A stretch of 64,000 bases of DNA, from IMG/VR virus record IMGVR_UViG_3300020045_001394, positions 4,415 to 68,414 of that record. One strand, written 5' to 3'. The position numbers were made by a program, and so were the translations under genes. The stretch is from a virus. A model generated the notes under the pieces. It saw only the letters and a list, made by a program, of their open reading frames with translations. It searched no databases and had not been told where the DNA came from. This document shows positions 1 to 9,421 of the stretch, piece by piece; the stretch's first letter is position 1; each line of letters opens with the position of its first letter.

Positions 1-606
1 GATGTAGAGCGACGTAGGCTTCTCTTGGGGGATTGGACAGCGCGTGAGACTGGTTCTACATACTTCCAAAGAGAATGGTGCAGAGAGCTTACAGAAGAGC
101 CTCCAGCTAATGAAATCTTGCGTACAGTGAGAGCGTATGACTTTGCTGGTACACTCAAGTCTTCATCTAATCCAAGCCCTGACTATACAGCTTGTGCAAG
201 GATTAGTAAGTTAAAGAATGGTGATTACTTTGTACATGATGTGCAGCGTACACGTATTCTTTACGGAGAATGGGAAAAGTTCATTCTAGAGAATGCTCAG
301 AGAGATGGATACAGTACTGAGATTCTTATTCCTCTTGACCCTGGAGCTAGTGCTAAGGTGGCAACAAGTTTGCTTACAAGAAGTGTTAGTGAAAAAGGAT
401 ATAGGGTACGAACACTCAAAACTACACAAAGCAAATTAGATAGGTTCCGTCCATTCTCTTCATTAGCTCTGAATAATCATATTTCATTCTTAAAAGGATG
501 CGGCTATGATTATGAAAACAAAGTTGATGGAGATAATAGCTTCGTCTACCGAGAGCTTGAGGCTTTCACAGGGAAGAGACGGGGTGGTGAGATGGGTCAT
601 GACGAT
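1..606 (+). CDS. terL: Terminase large subunit, exon upstream of the intron (5'-partial, runs off the window start)
   Basis: Frame is open from position 1 (DVERRRLLLGDW...). RNase H-like nuclease motifs RAYDFA and DYTA; ends GHDD at the intron 5' splice site; lies directly upstream of the portal. Confidence 0.92.
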
Positions 607-1291
607 AAATTCAGATTCTACTTGTCGTCAATAAACTCCTTTAATTGCTGGAAACCCCTTAAGCTTAATTCACTACAACGTGAAACCTTTAAACTGGTTT
701 GGGCGTGAATGTTTGAAAAGAATTAAGATTGGGCAATCAGCAGCAAAGACCGAAAGGTACTGTTCAACGACTAGTCGAAAGACGTACATCCAAGTGGGTG
801 GAAACGGGGAGGATGTTTGAAGTATTGTACATTTTGTAAAAAGACTTTAGATTTTAGTTATTTCTCAGAGAGAAAAGATAAGACTCATTTTGAAGATTCT
901 AATCCTGGGAAATATAAAACAAGATGCTTACCTTGTGATTCAGTTTACAGTAAACTTAGATTTTTCAATATTACAATTGAAGAGTTTAATAAACTAAAAG
1001 AAGACCAGAATGATTGCTGTAAGATTTGTGGTGTACACGAAGAGGCTTGTAGAAATAAGCAAGCTAAACACTATGGACTATACACAGATCATTGCCACTC
1101 TACTGGGAAGGTAAGAGGATTATTATGCCATAGTTGCAACCTACTAATAGGACATGCAAAAGATGATATTGATAATCTTAAGTCTGCGATACAATACTTA
1201 ACATCGTGATATAGTCTTATCTGCATGGAAACATGCAGCATTCGCAAGTGAATGGGCTGAGATTAACGCACTCAGTTTAAAACAATAAATG
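607..1291 (+). mobile_element. Group I self-splicing intron (IA2-like) in terL
   Basis: P1: exon TGACGAT(600-606) pairs with GTCGTCA(624-630), giving U606-G624. P10: TCTACT(617-622) pairs with 3' exon AGTAGA(1294-1299). Core elements AATTGCTGGAAA, GGCAATCAGCAG, GTTCAACGACTA(762-773) and GTGATATAGTCT(1206-1217). P7.1/P7.2 and P9 hairpins are present; terminal G1291. Splicing restores GHDD|IVDA. Confidence 0.95.
817..1209 (+). CDS. Intron-encoded homing endonuclease, endonuclease VII-like HNH family
   Basis: CxxC...CKICG...DHCHSTGKVRGLLCHSCNLLIG motif; sits in the P8 loop (GATGTT 812-817 / AACATC 1200-1205). Confidence 0.9.
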   Translation: MKYCTFCKKTLDFSYFSERKDKTHFEDSNPGKYKTRCLPCDSVYSKLRFFNITIEEFNKLKEDQNDCCKICGVHEEACRNKQAKHYGLYTDHCHSTGKVRGLLCHSCNLLIGHAKDDIDNLKSAIQYLTS

Positions 1292-1408
1292 ATAGTAGAC
1301 GCCTGCTCAGACTGCATTTCAATCTTAGCATCAAGAGTAAATATTCCAAACATGGCTGCTGGATTAACATCTGTTAATACTACGGTACGAACCCCCTTTG
1401 AACGGTAA
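1292..1408 (+). CDS. terL: Terminase large subunit, final exon (IVDACSDCISILASRVNIPNMAAGLTSVNTTVRTPFER*)
   Basis: Completes the HDDxVDA terminase nuclease motif after splicing; stop TAA at 1406-1408 just before the portal RBS. Confidence 0.9.
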   Translation: MVDACSDCISILASRVNIPNMAAGLTSVNTTVRTPFER

Positions 1409-1417
1409 GGAGAGGAG

Positions 1418-2956
1418 ATGGCAGAAAGTACGGGTGATACACCCATCCCCCTCAAACTAGAGACGGGGGATAACAAAGTCCCAGCAATGGTGTATGGAGA
1501 AACTGGATATACAGGACTTGTAACCCTTGGTGGTAGAGTGTGGGACGATTGCCAGAAGGAATTACGCTGGCCTCGTGCTTACCACACATTTAAGGAAATG
1601 AGTACAGACAGCTCTGTCAATCCTTCTCTTGAGTTTGTTGAGGGAAAGATTGCTGAAGCTAAATGGAAAGTACGTATTCCAAAGGGATATGAAAAACAGC
1701 TTAAAGACAAAGCCTTATTCCTAGAGCAACAGATGAATGATATGGACCAAAGCTGGTTGTCTTATATCAAGCAAATGGCTAGCTTTAACCGATATGGATT
1801 TGCAATCAATGAGATTGCCCTACGGTTTAGGAACAAGCGTTTTGGTAGTAATTATGACGATGGTTTGGTGGGTTTGAAAGGACTTCCAGGGCGCAGTCAA
1901 GGTAGTATTTATAAGTGGGAATGGTCACAGGATGGACGACAGCTTCTAGGGCTCTGGCAACAAGTTATCTTGCCTTATGCTGGAGTAGAAGTTTCCACAG
2001 AGAACGGATGGGAAGTAGCAAGAACATATGAACAGAACAGAGGACATACACTGAAGTATATCCCTCGTAAGAAGTTCTTGCACTTCAGGCACAACCCTCA
2101 GAATGATTCACCAACCGGGCAGAGTCCACTTTCTGGAGTCTGGGAGTCTTACAAGTATAAGAAGGCTTTCCAAGAGAGTGAAGCGATTTCTGTGGCTCAA
2201 GACTCGAATGCATTCAAGATCTTGTTCCTCCCTCCCGAATATCTCACAGAAGATGCTGATGAAGACCGTAAGAAGTCTTTTGAAATGTATAAGCGAATGA
2301 TGGCTGAAGCTCACCAAGCTAAGAGTAGCGGCTTTATTTTGCCAATGCTTACAGACGCTGAAGGTAAGCGGATGTTTGACTTTGAGATTAAGAATATCTC
2401 AGGATCTAAGTCTTACGATGTAGATAAGATCATCTCTAGGTATAGCCGTGAAATCCAAGTCGGACTATTTGCTGATGTACTCTCCCTTGGCGGTGGTTCT
2501 GGTGGTAGCTATTCTCTCTCTGAGAGTAAAGTAGATATCATTGACATGGCTGTTAAGTCTAAGCTCAATGAGATTAAAGATCAGCTTAACCATCAACTTG
2601 TACAGACTTTGTTTGAACAAAATGGATTTTCAACAGACGTTTTACCCTACTTCGATTATGAATTACCAAACCAGGAAACCCTGGATAATAAGGGGAAATA
2701 TGTACAAAGGTGCAAGGCTGTAGGTATGTTACCCGTAGTTCCTCAGACAGTCAATCAGATTCTTAGAGATGGTGGCTTCGACTATCAAGTTCCTGACAAC
2801 ATGAGCACAGAGGATCTTATGAAGATTCTTGCTCCAGTCGGCGAACAAATGTCAAGTGAAGCTGGCGGCGGCATGAAAAGTGGACTTCCTAATTCAAATG
2901 GATCTGGCACAGGCTCATCTGGAGATAGTTCAGTTGCAAACACGGAAAATGCATGA
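1418..2956 (+). CDS. Portal protein
   Basis: 512 aa directly after terL; YGFAINEI and SPTGQSPL motifs resemble DUF935/Mu gp29-like portals. Confidence 0.88.
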   Translation: MAESTGDTPIPLKLETGDNKVPAMVYGETGYTGLVTLGGRVWDDCQKELRWPRAYHTFKEMSTDSSVNPSLEFVEGKIAEAKWKVRIPKGYEKQLKDKALFLEQQMNDMDQSWLSYIKQMASFNRYGFAINEIALRFRNKRFGSNYDDGLVGLKGLPGRSQGSIYKWEWSQDGRQLLGLWQQVILPYAGVEVSTENGWEVARTYEQNRGHTLKYIPRKKFLHFRHNPQNDSPTGQSPLSGVWESYKYKKAFQESEAISVAQDSNAFKILFLPPEYLTEDADEDRKKSFEMYKRMMAEAHQAKSSGFILPMLTDAEGKRMFDFEIKNISGSKSYDVDKIISRYSREIQVGLFADVLSLGGGSGGSYSLSESKVDIIDMAVKSKLNEIKDQLNHQLVQTLFEQNGFSTDVLPYFDYELPNQETLDNKGKYVQRCKAVGMLPVVPQTVNQILRDGGFDYQVPDNMSTEDLMKILAPVGEQMSSEAGGGMKSGLPNSNGSGTGSSGDSSVANTENA

Positions 2957-3878
2957 TGGCAGAGGTTTATTGGATTCACCTGCCAGAACATACCGATATG
3001 TTTACCGAAGGATATATCGGTATGACAACAAAAACTACGAAGTTAAGGTTTCAAGGTCATAGGAATGCAGCAAGAAGGACTCCACGTAAAAATAGATCAC
3101 GCATTCAAAATGCAATAATTAAATATCAAGATATTTTAGTTGTTGAGACTCTTGTTATCTGCTCACGAGAATACGCCCTTGATCTTGAATATAAGCTAAG
3201 ACCTTCTCCTAAGATTGGATGGAACCTGAGAATGGGAGGAGAATCATTTGAAGCTTTTAGTGCTGTCTTCTCTGGACAAGTCTTAGTGATGAAACAAAAG
3301 CCAGCATGTCCAGGGGTAGAAAGAGAATATGGGAAGAAGACAGACAAGGTAGCCTATCTTATATCTGCGAAAATAGAATGAGTTATCCTCGTCCTGTAGA
3401 TATTGATGGTAATCCTACAAGATTCTGGGTGAAGTCAAGAATGGGACCAATGGTGCATCTCTGGGGAGAAGCTCAAACTTGTCGTGACGTATATGACAGC
3501 TTTAAATATTGCTCAACAAAAGAGATAACTGAACATCTAGGTCTTGCTGAAAACAAGCGAGAATGGTTTCAGGAGATGCTTAGGTATTTTGATGGTGGAT
3601 GGGTACCAAAAGAAGATCATTTGTGGGTTTCTGACTTTAAACAAGATGCCTATAAAAACCATATTGTCTTACCTGTAGACTGGTCTCAGTATAAAGACAG
3701 TTGGTCACTTGCTAGTGAAGCCTACAAATATTTCTTAAGGGGGATTGGATCACAATCTACTGAACATCAGCTCGGTCTTAAGAGGGGATCAATGGATAAG
3801 ATGTTCCGTTATTTTAAAATGGAATGGATACCCGATAAAGATCCTATCTGGTTTGATTACTTTAATAAGGAGGCCTAA
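2953..3878 (+). pseudogene. Free-standing GIY-YIG-like homing endonuclease split by a frameshift near 3278 (ORFs 2953-3381 and 3306-3878)
   Basis: N-terminal VYWI...YIG...R..GH...E...GWN pattern; the second frame reads SLSDETKASMS (NUMOD3-like). One extra A at GGACAA|AGT joins the two frames. Confidence 0.7.
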
Positions 3879-5263
3879 TGGCACATTCGTTAATGAGGCT
3901 AAAAGCCTCCCTTGTAAATACTCCACATCTCATTGAGCAGAATAGTTTCTCTCACATTATGGAGTATGTGAATAAGCGTATTGATGGCACTGCTAGTGTC
4001 TCCCCAAGACTTGATGGACCAGATGATGAAGGTTTTAGTGGCTGGAATGAATCAAATTATAATCCAGATACGGCTACTGGCGTTATGTATATTGATGGAC
4101 CACTAACAGCAAAAACAACTGGATGGGAAGCCTTTTGTGGTGGAACAAGCTATGAACAGCTTAAGCAGCAGATGGAGTACTTTGTAAGTCAAGGTGCAAA
4201 GACTGTGGCAATGCTAGCCGACTCGGGCGGTGGAGAAGCTAAATCCATGATGGATTCTGCTAATTATATCCGAAAGCTGGCAGATGAAAATGATATTAAA
4301 ATCATCGCATACATCGACGGAATGGCTTGTTCGGCCTGCTATGGAATCATTTGTATTGCTGATGAGATTATCATGGCAAGTGACAGCTCAGCAGGATCTG
4401 TAGGTGTATTAATTTCTCTGTTCAATGATGCTAAGAACCTTGAAATGAATGGTTATGAGCGTAGCTTTGTTAGTGCAGGTTCCGCCAAAATTCCTTGGAA
4501 TGAAGATGGATCTTTCAGGGATGGGTTCATTGAACGACTGCAATCCCAGGTAGATGATCTATATGATGGTTTTACGATGCATGTTGCTGAACATCGTGGG
4601 CTTACACAGCAAGAAGTTAAGAGCACAGAAGCTGAAGTATTTATGGCTAAGGACTCTATTAGACTAGGCCTTGCAGATAAACAACAAACGCTTGAAGAGT
4701 TTTACGCATATCTGGCTGATTATGCCCAGAGTAACCTAGAGGAAAATACAATGGGCAATCAGTCCAAGAATCGAATCTTTTCATTTATGAGTAATAGTAA
4801 GGGGAGTCAAGAAGAAATGGCACAACTACAAGAATTGCAAGCACAGCTTAGTGCTGCACAAGAACAACTGGCAACAATGGCTGATTTGAAAGGTGCTGTG
4901 TCTACTCTGACAGCCAGCCTTGCTGAGAAAGAAGCAGCCTTCGCAGGTATGAAAGCTAAGCTCGCTGAGCTGGAAGGTGCTAAAGCGCAAGCTGCTGTAG
5001 ATAGTCGCCGTGCAATGTTGGCTGAACAACTCCCAGCAGACCAAGTAGATATGAATCTGAATGCTCTGGCTTCGCTTGATGACGCTTCGTTCTCTGTGAT
5101 CGTAGGTCAATTCAAAGCTACTAAAGATGCTCGCGCAGCTTCCTTTGAAGAGGTTGGTGGTGAGGGTGTTGAGTCGGAAGCTCCTGAGAAAGAACAGTCT
5201 GAAGCTTCTCTGATTGATAAAATTCGTGCAGTAGGCGTAGCTAGCGCTAAAGCCATGAAATAA
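3878..5263 (+). CDS. Prohead protease (S49/ClpP-like) with C-terminal scaffold domain
   Basis: DSGGG, GMACSACY and AGSVGV S49 motifs; coiled-coil acidic C-terminus; lies between portal and capsid genes. Confidence 0.9.
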   Translation: MAHSLMRLKASLVNTPHLIEQNSFSHIMEYVNKRIDGTASVSPRLDGPDDEGFSGWNESNYNPDTATGVMYIDGPLTAKTTGWEAFCGGTSYEQLKQQMEYFVSQGAKTVAMLADSGGGEAKSMMDSANYIRKLADENDIKIIAYIDGMACSACYGIICIADEIIMASDSSAGSVGVLISLFNDAKNLEMNGYERSFVSAGSAKIPWNEDGSFRDGFIERLQSQVDDLYDGFTMHVAEHRGLTQQEVKSTEAEVFMAKDSIRLGLADKQQTLEEFYAYLADYAQSNLEENTMGNQSKNRIFSFMSNSKGSQEEMAQLQELQAQLSAAQEQLATMADLKGAVSTLTASLAEKEAAFAGMKAKLAELEGAKAQAAVDSRRAMLAEQLPADQVDMNLNALASLDDASFSVIVGQFKATKDARAASFEEVGGEGVESEAPEKEQSEASLIDKIRAVGVASAKAMK

Positions 5264-5304
5264 GCAACAAACAATAATCTAAATAAATAAGAGGATATAA
5301 AAAC

Positions 5305-5754
5305 ATGGCTTTCACTAACATTACTTTGCAGAAGCTGGCTTCTGATTTGGTAGTCACCCACGGTGATTTCAACTTCCAGAATGATGAAGCTAACATTACC
5401 CCAGCAGGTGTTATCCCTTTTGGTACTGTAGTTTTCCGTGCTAAAGGCTTGGCTAAAGCAGCCCCTTGGGCAAAGGTAGCTGCTGCTGGCGACGTTGCTG
5501 CAACCAATGAATACGCTGTTGTTTACGGTGATCAATACGCCTTTAAAGCTGACTTTACCCCTAAAGCAATTGCTGCCAACAAGTATAACGCTATTGTCAC
5601 AAAGCGTGCTGCTGGCCTGAAAGAGTATTACATTAAAGCTGTACATGCCACCGCTCTTGGTGCTGGCCCATACGGCATTCTGAAACAGATTATGGCTGAC
5701 CAAGGTTTGATTGTCTTGGATGACGTAACTAACTTTACCGGTACTGTTGTTTAA
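5305..5754 (+). CDS. Head decoration protein
   Basis: 149 aa, Ala-rich, between protease and major capsid (lambda gpD position). Confidence 0.7.
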   Translation: MAFTNITLQKLASDLVVTHGDFNFQNDEANITPAGVIPFGTVVFRAKGLAKAAPWAKVAAAGDVAATNEYAVVYGDQYAFKADFTPKAIAANKYNAIVTKRAAGLKEYYIKAVHATALGAGPYGILKQIMADQGLIVLDDVTNFTGTVV

Positions 5755-5823
5755 TAACAACCACCTCTAAATCTTCTGGGGATATTAATAGAAAAGTATC
5801 CCCAACAACAAAAGGAATATTAA

Positions 5824-6921
5824 ATGACTTTGGTAATTGACCGTAATATTGATCGTCTGTCGCAGGGCCGCTTTGTTGATCTGACAGACATTCTAGTAGA
5901 AATCCCACGTAATATCAGCATCGTTGATGCTCTTGGTATCTTCGAAGAAAACTACCTGCAAACCAGCAAGATTGAAATCCAACGTAGTCAATATGCTAAC
6001 CATCTGATCAAAGATAAGAACTGGGATGCCAAGCCTGATACCCTGGTTGGTAAGCCTGTTCGTGGTTTCATTCAAGCTAAGGTTCCTAACTTCCAACTGT
6101 TGGACGCTATCAAGCCTTCGGACATTGATGGTATCCAGAAAGTAGAATCTTTGGCTGATGCTGTTCAACTGCAAGAAGTGGCTGACGTTCGTACTGAGAA
6201 GTTGATGTATATCAACAACGCTTTCGACCTTACCGCAGACGTTGCTAAAATGCAATTGCTGACCCAAGGTACCGTCTATGCTCCTACCGGTACCCTGGCT
6301 ACCTCGTATGGTGATACCATTGACTTCTACCAAGAGATGGGTGTTACCCGTCAAACTGTAAACTTGGAACTATCTGGTGCATCCGATCCACGTACTAGTG
6401 TATCTAGCCTGATCCGTAAAATGCGTGAAGCTCTGCGTAACAGCTCTTCGAATGGTAGCTACCGTCAACTGGTAATTCTGTGTGGTGCTGACTTCTTCGA
6501 TGACGTACTGACCAACCCATTTGTAACCGACGCTATCAAATACTTCAACCAAGACCTGAACCGTCTGTTGGTAGGTGTTCCAGAAACTGCACCTGGCTTT
6601 GATGCTAACTTCCGTTCTATCACTGTATGGGGCGTTACTTTCATCGACGCTGGTACTGGTGGTTATGATGGTCCTAACGGCGTATTCGTTCCTTGGATCG
6701 CTGCTGATGCTGCTATTGCTCTGCCTACTGGTGTTCGTGGTATGTTTAAAACTCACTACGCCCCACCTAAGACTTTCAGCACCATCAACTCGCGTTATGT
6801 CGGTCGTTACTACTTCGAACGTCTGAACGATGAAGACGACCTGATCAACATGAAAGCTGAACAGAACTTCATCAACGTACTGCTGTACCCTGCTGCTGTG
6901 TTCACTATCACCAAGTCCTAA
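5824..6921 (+). CDS. Major capsid protein (lambda gpE-like family)
   Basis: 365 aa, codon usage typical of highly expressed genes, canonical position, followed by a terminator. Confidence 0.9.
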   Translation: MTLVIDRNIDRLSQGRFVDLTDILVEIPRNISIVDALGIFEENYLQTSKIEIQRSQYANHLIKDKNWDAKPDTLVGKPVRGFIQAKVPNFQLLDAIKPSDIDGIQKVESLADAVQLQEVADVRTEKLMYINNAFDLTADVAKMQLLTQGTVYAPTGTLATSYGDTIDFYQEMGVTRQTVNLELSGASDPRTSVSSLIRKMREALRNSSSNGSYRQLVILCGADFFDDVLTNPFVTDAIKYFNQDLNRLLVGVPETAPGFDANFRSITVWGVTFIDAGTGGYDGPNGVFVPWIAADAAIALPTGVRGMFKTHYAPPKTFSTINSRYVGRYYFERLNDEDDLINMKAEQNFINVLLYPAAVFTITKS

Positions 6922-6935
6922 TTAGGCATACCCCT

Positions 6936-6966
6936 AGGGCTGGCGGAAGCTAGCCCTTTGTTGTTT
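6936..6966 (+). terminator. Rho-independent terminator after the major capsid gene
   Basis: AGGGCTGGC-GGAA-GCTAGCCCT followed by TTGTTGTTT. Confidence 0.8.
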
Positions 6967-6981
6967 CAGGACGGAGGACGT

Positions 6982-7410
6982 ATGACAGACGAAGAAAAGA
7001 TTTCCCTCCTAGCCCTTATGATTGGTGATATCGTTGGTGGTCCATACTATCCAATGTTCACAGAAGCTCAGTACTTGCAATTCCTTAAAGCTGGCGGTGG
7101 TAATGTAAACCGAGCTGTAGTGATTGCTGCTATGTCTGCCGGATTCTTTGTGAGTGGTAATAGTTCTCGTGAAGTGATTGATGAACTGTCTATTTCTAGT
7201 AGCACATCTTCTGATTACATCAAGCTCCTTGATTATCTTATTAAGACAGCAGGAAGTGTTCCACCAGCAGGACTTATGCCTTGGTTTGCTGGGATTGATA
7301 GTTGTGAGAAGAATAAGCTACTTGAATTCTCTCGCTGTGATAATCCATCAAGATTCCCAATGTTTGGTGATGCTTTAGCAGGAGCTGGGTCTTGTAGTGG
7401 TGGATGCTAA
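6982..7410 (+). CDS. Head-tail adaptor / connector protein
   Basis: GGAGG RBS before ATG 6982; position after the capsid gene. Confidence 0.6.
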   Translation: MTDEEKISLLALMIGDIVGGPYYPMFTEAQYLQFLKAGGGNVNRAVVIAAMSAGFFVSGNSSREVIDELSISSSTSSDYIKLLDYLIKTAGSVPPAGLMPWFAGIDSCEKNKLLEFSRCDNPSRFPMFGDALAGAGSCSGGC

Positions 7411-7805
7411 TGGCTAACACATACGATAGATTAAGAGCTATGACAATTAGACGTCTAGGGATTGGACGTGGAGGGCTTGGAGCTGCTGCAATTCTCACAA
7501 GGAAAGTAGCTGGAGTATTCAATCCTAAGACTGGCAAAGTGGAAGGTGGAAGTACAGAGACATATAATGGAAGTGCTGTAAGGATACAGTATAAGAACTG
7601 GGCATACAAAGATACATCGATCCTAAAGGATGATTTTCAACTGTATTTGTCCCCTGTTTTGCAAGATAACACTACAGCTATGGTAACGCCCATCAAAGAC
7701 GATATCATCGTTTTCTTAGGCGTAAACTATAAGGTAATAGACATTTATCCTTGGAATAATGCTGGTATTGATTGTGGTTGGAAACTTCAGATGAGAAAAG
7801 GCTAA
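7404..7805 (+). CDS. Head closure / head-tail joining protein
   Basis: Synteny; FNPKTG and W-x-L-Q-x-R C-terminal pattern typical of siphovirus closure proteins. Confidence 0.6.
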   Translation: MLMANTYDRLRAMTIRRLGIGRGGLGAAAILTRKVAGVFNPKTGKVEGGSTETYNGSAVRIQYKNWAYKDTSILKDDFQLYLSPVLQDNTTAMVTPIKDDIIVFLGVNYKVIDIYPWNNAGIDCGWKLQMRKG

Positions 7806-7808
7806 GAG

Positions 7809-8213
7809 ATGAGTAATTTCCTAGACACCATCAACAGATGGACTGAAGAGACTGAGCAATCAGTTGACGATGTATTGCAAACTGTAGTACTTATAGTGGG
7901 GAAAAGTGTTGTAACTCTATCTCCTGTTAAGACAGGCTTATTCAAAGGGAATTGGCAACTTACTATTGATGGGTCAGCAAACTCTAGTTTGATTAGACGT
8001 GATCCAGAAGGCAACAGTACACTAGCAGATATCGCAGCTACAGCTAATACATTTACAGCAGGACAAGTGGCTTACATTCAGAACATGGTGACATACGGAT
8101 ATGACCTTGAATATGGATATAGTAATCAAGCACCAGAAGGTATTGTGAGAGTGACAGCACTTAAGTTTGCACAAATTGTTGAAGATGCTGTACGTCTTCA
8201 TAAGAATAATTAA
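7809..8213 (+). CDS. Tail completion protein, HK97 gp10-like
   Basis: SPVKTGLFKGNW and LEYGYSNQAPEG motifs. Confidence 0.8.
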   Translation: MSNFLDTINRWTEETEQSVDDVLQTVVLIVGKSVVTLSPVKTGLFKGNWQLTIDGSANSSLIRRDPEGNSTLADIAATANTFTAGQVAYIQNMVTYGYDLEYGYSNQAPEGIVRVTALKFAQIVEDAVRLHKNN

Positions 8214-8224
8214 AGGAGAAGGAG

Positions 8225-8644
8225 ATGAGCCATGCACGAATAAGGAACATCTTCAATTATGAAATGAGCTTGTTTGCTGAGGCTAATAGTCTTAGAGTCT
8301 CATTTGATAATGTTAATTTCACTCCAGATGTTAATGAAACATATATACAATGTCACCTCATTCCAGCAGACACACAAACACGTACACTTGGTGGTGATCA
8401 CAAAGAGTATATTGGTTTGTATCAAATGAAAGTGGTTACAGCTTCAGGTGATGGTTCTGGGAATGCTGATGAGATTGTAGAAAAGCTACAAACTAAGTTT
8501 CCAGTATATGCTTTGTTTAAAGAAGACGATCCGTCAGTATTTAGCGTACAAGTGCTATCTCCTATTCATTCTCCAGAAGGTAAAGATCAATCGGGAAGTT
8601 GGGTGGTTCCTTGTTCATTTGAATATAGAGCGGATACTGTCTAA
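8225..8644 (+). CDS. Tail terminator protein
   Basis: Synteny before the tail tube gene; DUF4128-like pattern (NVNFTP...GLYQMKV). Confidence 0.7.
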   Translation: MSHARIRNIFNYEMSLFAEANSLRVSFDNVNFTPDVNETYIQCHLIPADTQTRTLGGDHKEYIGLYQMKVVTASGDGSGNADEIVEKLQTKFPVYALFKEDDPSVFSVQVLSPIHSPEGKDQSGSWVVPCSFEYRADTV

Positions 8645-8706
8645 GACATTCCTAACAAAGATATACTTTGACAAGAATTTAAATTAATTAGAAAGAGGAT
8701 ATAAAT

Positions 8707-9366
8707 ATGGCTTTTCGTTTGCCGAACGGATCTAGCTTCGATTTTGAAGCAACATCGAGTGATCCAATCACTGTAACTGCAATTAGTAATGCTGCTGAAG
8801 CCGTTGTTAGCGCTGCTGACCATGACTTCGTTGCAGGAGATATTGTTGTTCTTACTTCGGGTTGGGTTAAACTTACCGACCGCACATTCCGAATTAAATC
8901 TGTTGTTGCTGACGTAAGTTTTGTACTTGAGAAGGTTGATACCACTGATATTACTCTTTATCCTTCTGGTAGCTCTGCTGGTACTGTACGTAAGATCCTG
9001 ACTTGGGTTAATATCCCACAGATTACAGAAGTAGCTTCCAGTGGTGGTGAAACTCAGTATTACACCTTTGGTTTTCTCGCCGAACAAGATGACCGCCAAC
9101 TGCCAACCACTCGGAGCCCATCTACCCTTACTCTGACAATCGCAGACGATCCGGCTCAGCCCTTTGTTGCAGTTGTAGAAAAAGCAGATGAGACCCGTGA
9201 ACCTCGTGTACAGCGTCTTAACTTGGTCAATGGTGACCTAATTTTTTACTACTCCATTGCCTCCATGTCGCCTACTCCAAGCCTTACTAGGAATGCTCTG
9301 ATGACCAGAACCCTGGCCTTGGCTCAACAAGGAAGAATCACACGCTACGGTAAATTCACTGTTTGA
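8707..9366 (+). CDS. Major tail (tube) protein
   Basis: AFRLPNGS, SGWxKL and SSGGE motifs of the Phage_tail_3 family. Confidence 0.85.
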   Translation: MAFRLPNGSSFDFEATSSDPITVTAISNAAEAVVSAADHDFVAGDIVVLTSGWVKLTDRTFRIKSVVADVSFVLEKVDTTDITLYPSGSSAGTVRKILTWVNIPQITEVASSGGETQYYTFGFLAEQDDRQLPTTRSPSTLTLTIADDPAQPFVAVVEKADETREPRVQRLNLVNGDLIFYYSIASMSPTPSLTRNALMTRTLALAQQGRITRYGKFTV

Positions 9367-9419
9367 TTCTGTGAAATAGTGTGTTATGATACCTCTTCAC
9401 ATCTTAGCTGGAGAGGTAT
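9363..9419 (+). promoter_or_regulatory. Sigma70-like promoter plus RBS-sequestering hairpin for the downstream endonuclease gene
   Basis: TTGATT(9363-68), 16 nt, TGn-TATGAT(9385-90). ATACCTCTTCA(9389-99) pairs with TGGAGAGGTAT(9409-19), which contains the SD. Confidence 0.7.
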
Positions 9420-9421
9420 TT

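Noticed and set aside
607-708. C-terminal KFRFYLSS...KLVWA of ORF 25-708 as real terminase sequence
   Set aside because: This is read-through into intron RNA; the conserved motif continues at 1292.
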